A DNA stretch of 63,726 bases, counting the filler, from Choristocarpus tenellus KU-1152 (taxonomy: Eukaryota; Protista; Phaeophyceae): NCBI GenBank assembly GCA_964200185.2. It is 10 parts of 10 records of this genome, joined end to end, with 100 filler letters (N's around TTAATTAATTAA, not from the genome) between each part and the next. Parts side by side here need not be neighbours in the genome. Positions count along the whole stretch, not along the records: positions 52,121 to 55,519 come from CAXNAD020020296.1; positions 55,620 to 63,726 come from CAXNAD020005136.1; 8 more parts are not named here. One strand, given 5' to 3'. Under the pieces are notes generated by a model. It was not told the origin of the DNA, did no database searches, and saw only the letters and a list, made by a program, of their open reading frames with translations. A program made the translations under genes and the position numbers. Of the stretch, positions 53,150 through 63,726 are shown in pieces. Position 1 is the stretch's first letter, and each line of letters starts with the position of its first letter.

Positions 53150-54743
53150 ATCCACTGATCGTCCATTCAAAAGTACAGTCCCCTGCCCTTGGCTCTTGAA
53201 TAAAGTGTCCCCTTCCCCGTCCAAATCCGGCAAAACCCTCAATGATGGTTCCAGGAGGATTTATGCCTCGGTATCCTTCTCTTTTTCTCTACGGTTCGCC
53301 TGTAGAGTCATCCGCACGCTGCGTTGGTTAGGCACGCTGGGCTGCAGTCTTATCGTGGCCCCCCTCTTTACCTTCTCCCGTAGTTGTTCGACCCCCTCCT
53401 CGATCTCGTCCTCTGTCGTGAACGACCTCAGCCTAGGTGGTAAGGAGGTCTCACCATGCTCACCTTGATCACACACAGAGTAGATACATGCCCCAGAATC
53501 GTCTATGTCAAGGTCGCGGACCTGCCCCCGGACGATAGCATCCCCACTCCCTCATAGGATGAGAGTGTTGCCTCGGTCAAACTTGGCATTGGATGTGTCT
53601 CCACGTCTGCGTTGTCTTGAGAAACGAACAGGGATCCCGCCGAGGGATTGCCGATTGGATTCCGCAGTGAATATCTGGTATTGATCAGGCAGGATGGTGT
53701 ACGTATCGTCGAGGTTGTTACGACGAAGTTGTGTGAAGTCAGGGTCGAGGATAGCTTCAAGGGGGACGACACAGGGACCTGGTTGAGCAGCTTGCAAAGC
53801 AACCACGATTTTTTTGTGTTAACTGGGTTAGAGTAACGGGTTAGACCGTGAAGACCATCGTGTGTGAGACAGCAGTGTTCGTAGTGGAAAGGTTTTGTTT
53901 GGTGGGATGTTGTTTGATGCTCATCATATCAACCGAAACGAAAAAGTAACGGGTGAACTTAAGAGAAAAAAATTCTACACAGAATAATTCCATTTAGAAT
54001 ATATATTTTGTAAAATTCTGTAGCATATATGTGATTATGGTGCGTTTCAAGTCGTATGCATTTTCGTTTGCACAGCAACAGAATCACATTTGTAAAATCT
54101 AGGATAGGTCACCCGATCCGCACGTGAGAGGCGAACTGTCCGCACTCCATCGACAAAACTGGCAGTCAACATTTCGAAGTCTTCCCTGATAAACACCACC
54201 TCATCACCAGCACTGAACATCCCTACGTAGCTGGAATGGTCCCTGGCGTTCAATTTAAATGTCTCCTTCTGGCGTACAGTGAAGTGCAGGAACTCCAACC
54301 CATTGTATTCCGATGGCTCCGTTCGCACAATGCATTTATTCCCCACTGCAATCTGCCTCTTCTTCCTAGGGGGATGGCTCCTAAGGTACATCTCACCCAC
54401 GTTGTCCTCGGCGGAAAATCTGAGGTAGATCTCTTTCATTATAGGTGCGTGATTGCCCTGACATTTGCAACTCACAACATTTTCAATGGAACATCCGGTG
54501 CAGTAGCACGATATCTCGGAGTACATCGCCTTGGAGGAGTTACCGTTCGCGTGTGGACTGGTGAGTAACCTGTGCATGGACTTGATGCCACTGAACTGGG
54601 AGACGCGGTGATCGAGTTGTCCCTTCCGATCGATCTTGTAAGCTAGAAAGTGAATGATCTCCTGCCTTCTGATGGTATCATTCCGGAGTAATTTAGCGAA
54701 TGTCCTACTTACTATGTAATCTGCAGTCGCTGTCCACCCAGTC
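53150..54743 (-). pseudogene. Decayed, probably spliced ORF; upstream part resembles a DNA-transposase C-terminus (Sola2-like)
   Basis: From an AG acceptor at 54745-54744 the frame reads TATADYIV...IIHFLAYKIDR...VSQFSGIKSMHRL...EISCYCTGC...SCKC to the stop at 54047. A second segment (about 53815-53150) stays in one frame through isolated stops. The family call is from memory of the GxxSxH...SCxCxxC pattern only. Confidence 0.4.
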
Positions 54744-55436
54744 CTAAGAGGTATGGTGTTGTCGTGTGGCGGAAAGTTAGTGTATATTCTCCTCTCTGTG
54801 TTGAGTACGAGGGCATAAATTTTGTGAATGATCGAATGCGAGAAAATATTGTAGAATATAGTGTAACGATTTTTTTCTTAGTGGTGATAGTGATGTAGAC
54901 GGCAATAGAAACTCCGCGATGATATGTCTTGTTTCGTGTGTTTCCTGCGTTAGAGGTAGGAACACGCAGGGCTGGATATTGGAACAAAGGTGCTGAATCT
55001 CCTCATCTGCTGGTTGGTGGAGAAGTGCGTATCAATCAATTTGTCAATTGTGTTTTTTCCTGTTTGGTAAGGCGAGGTGTAACCGTTATTACTACGATTC
55101 CAGATTTTTAAGTTGTTAAGTGTAGGGATGTACCAAGAAATGTCGATATTATTGAAATATACACATAGGGGAGAAAAGTAAGGATGTCCGAGTGTATGGA
55201 TGAGGGGGTACCGACCTTGGTGACGACAGTGTGTCCTGGAGGAATCTTGTTGTGGTTCCTATGAAGGTGCCCCTCTTCCTCTGGCGTTGGATCCCCCTGC
55301 GCGTACTGTGTCGTCGTCGCCTTGATTGTCTCCACCAAGGATGAAGTTCCCGGCATCCGTACCCCGTTACGAGGTTTGTCTGTATGTGTTATGTGTGTGT
55401 ACATAGGGATAGGACGATTATTACTTAAATCTTTTG

Positions 55437-55519
55437 TGGTCAAAGTATCTTGGGGGGCTCCAAATTCAACTTGTTCTGTTACTTCTGAACCAATACCTGT
55501 GAAAACATCACGGAAAATA
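55437..55519. mobile_element. Start of a third CAAAGTATCT-terminus element (different body), truncated by gap
   Basis: TGGTCAAAGTATCTTGGGGGG followed by sequence unlike families A and B. Confidence 0.55.
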
Positions 55520-56988
55520 NNNNNNNNNNNNNNNNNNNNNNNNNNNNNNNNNNNNNNNNNNNNTTAATTAATTAANNNNNNNNNNNNNNNNNNNNNNNNN
55601 NNNNNNNNNNNNNNNNNNNGCGTGTTTTTGTTGCTCGTGGTAATGCAGATGCAGCCGGGGCTTGGGGGGGGGGGGGGAGGGCGCCAAAATTGTTCAAGTT
55701 CTCACTGGTTATCCTCTAGTTGGAGATTGTAAACCCTGCAGGCTTTATTACTCTGGATTAAGACCTGGGGGTGGATGTATTTCCATGCATCACTCCATCC
55801 CGACATTGTCGGCGAGACCACATTTGTGAGAAAGGAATCTTGCGAGTGATGCCTGTTTATTGCTTGTTGACTACCGCCTGGCGCTTGAGTGTCGACTGCC
55901 TTCCTTTCATTCACACTAGATACCTGAGTCAAGACAGCGAGCTCATGGCTTGACCTGTTCATGTCTCCTGACCCTCCCCTACAAACCCCGACCACCCCAC
56001 TGTCACTTTCCCTGCGTTGCAGTATGCGACGTGGAGGCTCAATCTTGATCTCGATGCCTAGGCAAGGAACGCGTAAATCACCTCTCTCAAATCAAGTTAG
56101 ATTTTCTGACCCTCTTCGTGGGCGGGGGGGGAGGGAGGGGGGGGGGGGGGGGGGGGGCACAGTGATGCACCTGGGCTGAGCCAGCAGGGGGAACACTGGT
56201 TCGATGCCAGGTTGACTGTATCGAGAGAGTCCAAAAAAGAAAAGAGTTGAAAAGGCAGTAGCCGTTGCACAAAACTCCTTTTTTTATGGAGAGGGTGTGA
56301 AGTCGCTTGGGGGGGGGCAAGGGAGGGGGGCGATCATTTTTGTTGCATTTTTTCTGTTTTTTTTTCTTTTGTCGATAGCTTCTTTTTTTTTCCTTCTGTT
56401 CGGTGGGTTCTCGTCCAATGCTGCCCACAGGCGGCACTGTATTGCTGTGAGCGCTCCTCTGTGTTTTTCCTCTTTTGTGCAGGGAACGGGGACAGGGGAT
56501 TGCAGTTGGAAGAACAAACGGAATTGGTATGATCCGGTTATCTCATCACCTCCGGAAGTATTATCCAAGCTGTGTGTAGTCTGTAGTGTCGTGCAGTGAG
56601 TGCTCGGTTCTGCAGAGGTGCGAGGGTGCCAACACCCTGACTCTAACACAGAACAACGGTGAAAGTATTGTCTGTGTGAGGGGGAATAGAGGGCGTTAAA
56701 AAGTCCAGGACACAAGAGGGTACTGTTGTTTTGTATCTGTTGTGTTCTCGATGGGGTGGAAAGTGGGGAGAGGCATGGTAGCTCTTAGAGTTGTGGGTGC
56801 AGAGCTATCTACTGTTGTTGTTTGTTGTTTGTTGTTTATTTGTTGCCAGAATCTTATTTTTCGATTCGAGACTGCATTGGCTGTGATGGGAGGGGATGGT
56901 TGGGTAGACGAGGCACACGAGCGGTTGATCTGATATTGGTGAAGAAGAGAGGGACGTGAGGAGAGAGGATAAGCTTAGACACACATAC

Positions 56989-56989
<1 letters not shown>

Positions 56990-57025
<36 letters not shown>
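56990..57025 (+). repeat. (AC)n microsatellite
   Basis: Direct reading. Confidence 0.95.
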
Positions 57026-57028
<3 letters not shown>

Positions 57029-57229
57029 GCATGCGCATTCTGTCCTGCTGGAGCAGGCGATTTGATGTACTACAGTACTGGACGGAAGTTTCTCGTCTGG
57101 GATAAATGCACATCCCTGTCACCATCCTTGTTGGGCATAGCTGTCTTGTGTACCAATGTGTACGTTGCTCCCAGTCTCTGAAGTGCACAAGGGTCTAATG
57201 GAGAGTCTTTCTCACAAGCCAACTATATG

Positions 57230-57697
57230 AGCCCCACAATTAGGACTCTGGGATCATCTATACACACCCTCCTCTCAACAGGAGACCCTTCAGAAGACTT
57301 GGCAGGAATTATTGGCCAAGGCTGGGTACCCTGGGGAAGGACAATAACCACTACATCTGCCCCAGAGGTCCACACTCTAGCAGCCCACGATGCCAGGATT
57401 ACTGGGAGGGCATAACATGAAACCACCCGCCTCCTGAACAGGATCAGGTTCAACTCTTTCCGAACACAATTGGCCAACCTACCAGACGATGCAGAACAAG
57501 GGAGGAAAAGTTCTTCGCTAACCCTGACCCGCCACCGGAGCCAGTGTGGACAAGGGGCAAATGCATGGGCCTCAACACAACCCCTGGAACCAACACGCCA
57601 AATCCCTCTCATAGAGTTTAGACTCACTGCCAGCAGATCCCTAGGGATGGAGGAGACCCTATCCAACAGGTGCCCAGTGGTTGGTTGTGATTCATGA
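57230..57697 (+). mobile_element. Non-LTR retrotransposon (CRE/RLE-type) post-RT region remnant
   Basis: RHRSQCGQGANAWASTQP...IPLIEFRLTASRSLG...CPVVGC resembles the SxxGxGAxAWxxxxP...FxxxxxxxLG region and the start of the zinc knuckle of RLE-LINEs. Confidence 0.6.
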
Positions 57698-58599
57698 ATA
57701 GAGCAGTATTGAAGGGTTGCAGAGCGGTTGTATACATACATCATGCATCATAATGTACCACTCAGCAGAGCTAAAGAGCTGTTTTTTGATCAGCACATCC
57801 TGTGAAGGATTGAGTTTTTTGGCACATATTACCTGATATTTTTGAAAAGAGGTGCTGCATTACGTAGTAATAAAAACCTAGAGCGGAGGTCGTACCCTCC
57901 ACACAAAAATACATCTCGAAAGGCAACGTGTATTTTTTCAACTCATACACTGCTTACACTTTTAAAGATTCTAGTTCTACAATAGGTGGGATTGATAGGA
58001 TTGAATGTAGGCTGCTCTTTATTTTGGCGTTGGTGGTTGGTGTAAGGCATACGACAACTGGTGGAAAGACTCATGAGACTAACAACAAAGGCTTCCTCTC
58101 GCCAGATTCTGAAGGGTGAGGACTTGAAAGTCATCAGTCACAATGAACGCAATAACTACTCCAGAGTATTACCACCATAGTGTTGGTGGTCGCCTCCTGT
58201 ATCAACTTTGTCGTGCCATAACATTTGATCAACAAATTTTTTCATGAAAATCGTTCGTCGTAATAGCATAATCATACTTAACCTAACTTGATGGGTCTCG
58301 ATTGGTCAACTCGCAGTAATCGTGAGAAATACAGGACCATACTTAAATCAAGTAGTTCGCGCGTGGGTGCCGCGCGGCGCGCGCGAACAACGCAATTTTT
58401 TGGGACGATTTTGACGCCAGAAAAGGCCATCTTCACTGACTGGGAGAACATGTGCGTTGTTGTCTCTCCATTCTCTTTGCATTATTTCTCGTTTATGCGA
58501 TGTTGTCTCCTGCTGAGTAAGGCTCACTCATGGGGGCCTGGGCCTCTGAACCAGACAATCCATCCTAAGTCAAATGAGGTATTCTGAAGCTGCAGGGCT

Positions 58600-58900
58600 C
58601 CTGAGAGACTTAATTGTCTTGTACACCCTGTCTGTCCAACTTGGTGCACTTCATGCCTTTCTTTCTTGTTGGAATATATCAGGCGGTAAATGATACTCAT
58701 CCTGAAGAACTTCTCCACAATTACTCTGGACAGCCCCCCTTCCTCCTAGACTGAGACTGACAGGAATGTTGGCTCTCATTTCAGGCAATGTGTAGTCACA
58801 GTGACCTCATACATAGTGCTTCGCTCACCCCCAGACCATCTCTATCGGGTTCAATTCACAGTGTCCTGTGATGGGCAGGCGACAACTCGGAGCTGATTGT
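58600..58900 (-). mobile_element. IS630/Tc1/mariner-type DDE transposase C-terminal remnant
   Basis: RLPITGHCELNPIEMVWG*AKHYV*GHCDYTLPEMRANIP...EKFFRMSIIYRLIY contains the ELNPIExxW catalytic-glutamate motif, with in-frame stops. Confidence 0.75.
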
Positions 58901-58970
58901 GCGTCACAGTGTCGTGTGAGTGACTTTATCAGTATTAAGCCGAGGTTAGCCCACGTACCTTTTTGGTGGG

Positions 58971-59288
58971 TACCAATATTAATATTTTTGAAAAGGTTGC
59001 CCAACGAGTTAAAATCGACGATCAGCACAACAAATGAAAGCTCTGGGTTTAGACTATCGATTTACGCAAAGGAATTCTTTCGGAAAAATATTCTTGGTCG
59101 TGTTAATTCATTTCGAAAACATTTTCAAGGTTGTGCCGAAAACATTTCTTTAAAATTTAACCTAACCATTTTTTTTTTGAGAAATAATTTATTGCCGGAA
59201 ATCGATAGCCTAGATCAATAGATTTCATTCGATATGCTGATCGTCGTTTAAATCGTTGGGCAACCTTTTCAAAAAAATCAAGACCGGT
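58971..59288. repeat. Long imperfect inverted repeat (about 90-bp arms), probable MITE/foldback
   Basis: TTTTTGAAAAGGTTGCCCAACGA...CGACGATCAGCA...CTATCGATTT (58971-59063) pairs with AAATCGATAG...TGCTGATCGTCG...TCGTTGGGCAACCTTTTCAAAAA (59199-59288). Confidence 0.85.
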
Positions 59289-59889
59289 CTGATCCTAGAG
59301 GAGACTGCCAACACTATACTAATTGTAAGGGCGGTGTTATCGCGCAAGTATATACTTCTTTTTACGTCAAGATGTCTATATATACACGATGTACACAACA
59401 TCACCGTCACTGACACAACATACACAAAATATATGTGTCGGGGAGAGTACCAAAACTACAAGAACTCCGATATGATGGATATAAATGAGTACCATTGTTG
59501 TCATTTATAGTGTATTGTCACCTCCATACATTCCTACATACATGCGTACAGAAGGTACTGTCGGAGTTTTTTTTTTTGTTGCAGGTGCCAAACGAACAAA
59601 ACATGAACAACCAATAATATCAACTGGATGGATGCCATCTATACAAAATTGCTCATGATCAGGACCAACCCTAACCCAAACCCTACCTCTGGTGTTGTCA
59701 TTTCCAAGACAAAAAGTACTTCGTTCTTAAACCACGTTCAGAAGAACGCATTTTATTGGGTAAGGGTAATTAACCTATGTTGGACGATAAATTAATCGGT
59801 ATAATACTCAAATATTCTTTGTGGCATGTTGTCACCTTCCTGAACAAATCACAAAACACTTTTTAGAACAACTGCTTGTGATGATATTT

Positions 59890-60330
59890 AACAATGGGTG
59901 GGTCTCTTCGCCTAGAGACCCACCAACAAGTAGTACAGGCACAGATCTCTACAAGTGCGAGGGCTCCTTTGATCATTGTAGTTACAACCTCAACACCTTC
60001 GCGGTGGAAAGTTTTGGATGCCTTGGCAAGCAAGCAGAATGCTTCCTGGATCAGCTGGCGACTCACATGGTGGGGGGGAGAGGAACTGGGTAATATAGCA
60101 GGAAAGAAAGGAGAAGTTAAATCCCGACTTCGCCAAATTGTCTCGGTGACTACACAACAAGTGGCACTGTCTAGACGTGTCATGCGTTTTAAGCTAGAGT
60201 CACCAGGGAGATGTGCAAGGAGGGGTTTATTGGATTCTTGGGATGCCTCCCTAGCTCCTCCCCACGGGGCGCAGGAGTAGTAGGTAGATTGGAAGCACAG
60301 GAAGGCAGTAGTAGTACAATATTGATGGTG
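59890..60330 (+). mobile_element. Non-LTR retrotransposon (CRE/RLE-type) endonuclease end and 3' region
   Basis: YKCEGSFDHCSYNLNTFAVESFGCLGKQAECFLDQLA...RLRQIVSVTTQ resembles the KY...F.VESFGxLG...FLxxLA end of restriction-like endonuclease LINEs. Frameshifted. Confidence 0.7.
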
Positions 60331-61031
60331 AAGTAACAAATAGATTATTAGTGTTTTCCATATTTATTATATTGTTTTACAGTGTTTTTCACATATATGA
60401 CATTTTTATTTCTTTAGGGCTTATACTGACATATATATGTACAGTTTTCATTTGTTTCCCCCCTGAAATAATAACTGGATAATGTTAGAGGGCATAATAA
60501 TAATTATAATATGTACACTCGCTAAGAAAAAACGAGGCCAAGCAATAGAGGGATAAGGTCGTATTGTAGACAGAATGAATAGATAGGTTTCAACACGTGG
60601 TAGGAATTCGTGTTTTCAATAATTAGATCAACTACTACTTGGAAGACTTCTCAATTTTGAATTACTGTGGTAGGGTTGTAGACATGATTGTCGGATTGCT
60701 GGCATTGACATGTCCAACATACAGTACTAGGAAGCCGTTAGCGACCACCCCTCACTCTGATTGTGCGGAAGGATATCGATTTAGGGAGTGCACACATCGT
60801 CACTACTAATATATCTTTCTTTTTTAAGCTAAGTGATTGTGTAGTCCAATAGTTGTGGTGTAGGAAGCCAGTCCACTTCAAAGCAGGATTTGGATCCTTA
60901 ACGCGAGCGCGCGGAATTTATCCAATGAACATCTCTCTCCTACACAGAATACAACAACCCAACAACTCAAGATTGCCAAGAGTGACAGGGTGACAGCGGA
61001 AAACCAATTCCTGGTAGCAAGACGAATCGCA

Positions 61032-62723
61032 ATGTGGTCATTCTTTACTGCTCTGACCTTGGCAGGATTGGCACTGGGTCAGAATATCCCCGTGCCGCCC
61101 CTTCCCTATAACATGGGAGCCCTCAATCCATTCTTGAGTGAGCACGCTCTAAGGGTAAGCTCCCCAGCGTTATCACCCAGGGTCATTAAGAGTGGATTGA
61201 GAATTGTGCTATTTCTGTTAAATTTAGCTAGTGATACTCCGAGGTGGCACTCAGGTCACTTTACCCCTACTCGTTCCTGATGCATCCTCCATTTCCCACC
61301 TCCAAATTACAAATGCTGCACCTACACTTGTTTCGAAGATTCATCACCTGGGGCACCATGCATCCTACACTTTCCAATTGAACAATGTTCTAGAGAGGAT
61401 GCGCTGGGATCCAGCTCTAAAGCACTTGGCTAAGATGGGGGTGGATGAGCTCTTACACAATCTCCACGAAGTACCAGAAGGTGAGAGATTTCCAGCGACT
61501 ATTTTAGATACTCTCTTGGATCATTGAGTGTATGTTACCCCTGCTCATGACTTGCCTTATTCACTCTGTCCATTTTCCTTACGTGTATTCTTATGGACTT
61601 GATGCACTGCAGTAAATCGTTTGTGTTGCCTACTCAGGACTTGAGGATGAACATATGATTGTGATGGATAACAATGGTCATGTTCTGGGAAATACACCTT
61701 CCTTTCCCTGGTCACAAACGAACAATTGGTGGCATTTGATATTCTCCTCCTGTGAGCTTCTACCTCGAGCGGCAAAAAGCGAAGATAGCAATGATCCATC
61801 TGTGGGTAGTACGTTTGTGGGTTAACCCACCCATGTTCATATCAGCAGTTGGACATTGTATAAAAGTCAATTGCAAGGTGCGTTCCGCTTAGCAGTGCAC
61901 GCGAGGGTATTCAGGAAAATTGGAGCCTTGCTCTTTGCCGCTCACCACATATAAAATTATGTTCACACCCATCACCTGTTTGGGGACTCCCTGTTTGAAC
62001 TGTTCAATCCCCATCCCGTGTTCCATGTGACATCCACCTTACGCCTACACCGGATCTACATTTAACCTCCGCTTTCCCCTCTCCTTTCTCTCTTCGCATA
62101 TTGCTATTATCACCTCTGTGAAGCACAACGTGATGATGTACGCAGGGCAGGGGGGGGATTTGTTAACCATGACTTATTTTGGAAGGTGCTATCTCCATGG
62201 GGTGGCCACAAGCCCAGTCCAGAATCTCAGACCATCCAGGTAAGAGATTGCCACTGAACAATCGTTACGCATTCATTGTCCCTTTTTTTCCCATTGTTTT
62301 TACCTTCTCTTCATTTCCTTCCTTCACTACATGTGAACAGCTCCTGGGTAAACAAGAGAAGCAGGGCAACGTTCCTTCAGGGGTGGTGGGCAATACCCTT
62401 GTGGCGCTCTTGACTTTGACCTGCAACAAGTAGTACCATCTTCTTGTATCAGAATCGTAGGGGTATTGCAGCAGGTCTCTCAGCTCTATTTCTCTTTTAT
62501 ACATTTAGAATGAAATGGTAAGGTGTGTGTAACGTGTTACAAGTATCTGCATCACCCTGCTCCAACACCATACTCAATTTCCCGTACAATGCTACTCCCC
62601 CTGGTGCGTTTTCTTTACATGACAGGAGCGAAAATTAGCTGATGCAATAGACAGTGCCTTTGGATCTTTTGAAGAGATGCAATTTGTCTTCTCCAATGCA
62701 GCCTCGTCCTTCTCGGGTTCAGG
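61032..62723 (+). CDS. Fe/Mn superoxide dismutase, Mn-type signature, with N-terminal signal peptide; exons 61032-61154, 61339-61480, 62124-62239, 62626-62723 (3' exons not found in window)
   Basis: GT-AG junctions in phases 0,1,0 give MWSFFTALTLAGLALGQNIPVPPLPYNMGALNPFLSEHALRIHHLGHHASY...VRRAGGGFVNHDLFWKVLSP...LADAIDSAFGSFEEMQFVFSNAASSFSGSG. The motifs PLPY..ALxP, HHxxHHxxY, NHxxFW, FGSF and GSG are present. Confidence 0.92.
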
Positions 62724-63726
62724 GTGAGAAAAGATTTCGGTCGAATCCTCTCAGGAAGTCGTTTTACTCTCCCCCCCACCCCTCCCCCCCTCCTCTTTGA
62801 TAACACTACACTGCCACATAGCATCTCGTGGGAAATGAGAAGCAGGAGATTGGGCTGTGCCCAAGTGGGTATGACATAGATAGAGCTTATTATTACGTCG
62901 CCCGCCAGTGGATTGTGTGCATTCTGTACGAGTGTAAGCAAGGCGATAAGGTGCTGTAAAGAGTATCCCCGCCCTCAACATGCTGTTCATATGGTGGACG
63001 TTTTTCGGACCTTCCTGGTCATCCCTTACTTTAGTGAAGGCCGGAAGTTCACTTCTCAATGGTGTCCTCCCACCTCTCTCGTAGTAACAGTTAGCTGTGG
63101 TAGATCCAAGGTGATGTTGGACACATTCAAACAGGTTCCCCCTTTCATCGGTTCTTTACGTTGTCGGATGGCGATGGTAAGAGGGTTTGAGGATGCCGTT
63201 TAATGGTGGTGTGTTGGTGTCCTGCATCCCTGCCCTTTTTGTCCCATCTGTTTTGTGTGACTGTTGTGAACATACGTGCATCGCGCAATAATGTGTGCGT
63301 CTGTGCTGAATGGCACAGTATTCTGTTGGGGACAGAGAGTTCATGGCTTCGTGCCGGGGATAACTTGGAGACATGAAGACCATGTCTGTATATACGTGTG
63401 CTACTCAGCACGACGCTGTACGTGTGTGTCCCTGTCCCTGTAAGCCTAAGTAAGACAGTACATGCTGATGAGCACCGGGCACGGGGGTGGTCGTTGGTTG
63501 TGACCCCATCTACGGTTGCCTCATTGCGCCTGGGATGAGGACTAAAGTGCTTGCTCATCTTGTGTTCTCTGCACTTCCTCTCAATGGACAACTCCTCTTT
63601 GACGCTTAGACAAAAAAAAGAAGACACTGCAAAACGGTACTGCTGTACCTGGAAATGAGGACAAAAAAAAAGATGTGGCATAAATATTATGCACGATTAT
63701 TGTTCCTTTTTTTGGAAGGGGGGGGG

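Noticed and set aside
15239-55619. Recurring TTAATTAATTAA between N runs as a biological repeat or recombination site
   Set aside because: The identical 100-nt format with six-frame stops marks an artificial linker.
62724-63726. Final SOD exons
   Set aside because: No in-frame WxWL or DxWEH-coding exon was found. They probably lie beyond the window.

Overview
Eukaryotic nuclear DNA with GT-AG introns and microsatellite-rich introns, most likely a brown alga or close photosynthetic stramenopile (inferred from EsV-1-7 and FNIP repeat genes and intron style). The window is not contiguous. Ten contigs are joined by nine identical 100-nt linkers (N44-TTAATTAATTAA-N44), so adjacency across linkers is not evidence of linkage. 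Genes read from the sequence: (1) an intronless FNIP-repeat protein with 16-17 22-aa repeats; (2) a 5-exon gene with six EsV-1-7-type C-x4-C-x15-C-x2-H repeats fused to a >680-aa low-complexity tail; (3) 3' exons of an O-methyltransferase-like gene; (4) 3' exons of pescadillo (PES1/NOP7); (5) one exon of condensin II subunit NCAPG2; (6) seven exons of CNOT1/NOT1; (7) four exons of an Mn-type superoxide dismutase with a signal peptide. The rest is mostly transposon debris: Ty1/copia remnants, CRE-like LINE 3' ends, an IS630/Tc1-type transposase remnant, a possible Sola2-like transposase remnant, and a family of short MITEs with G-N3-CAAAGTATCT termini and 4-bp target duplications, one nested inside another. 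The most interesting candidates are the two modular repeat proteins with variable positions inside a fixed scaffold, the MITE/Sola-like system, and the apparently secreted MnSOD. All family assignments come from motif recognition by eye; no searches were run.
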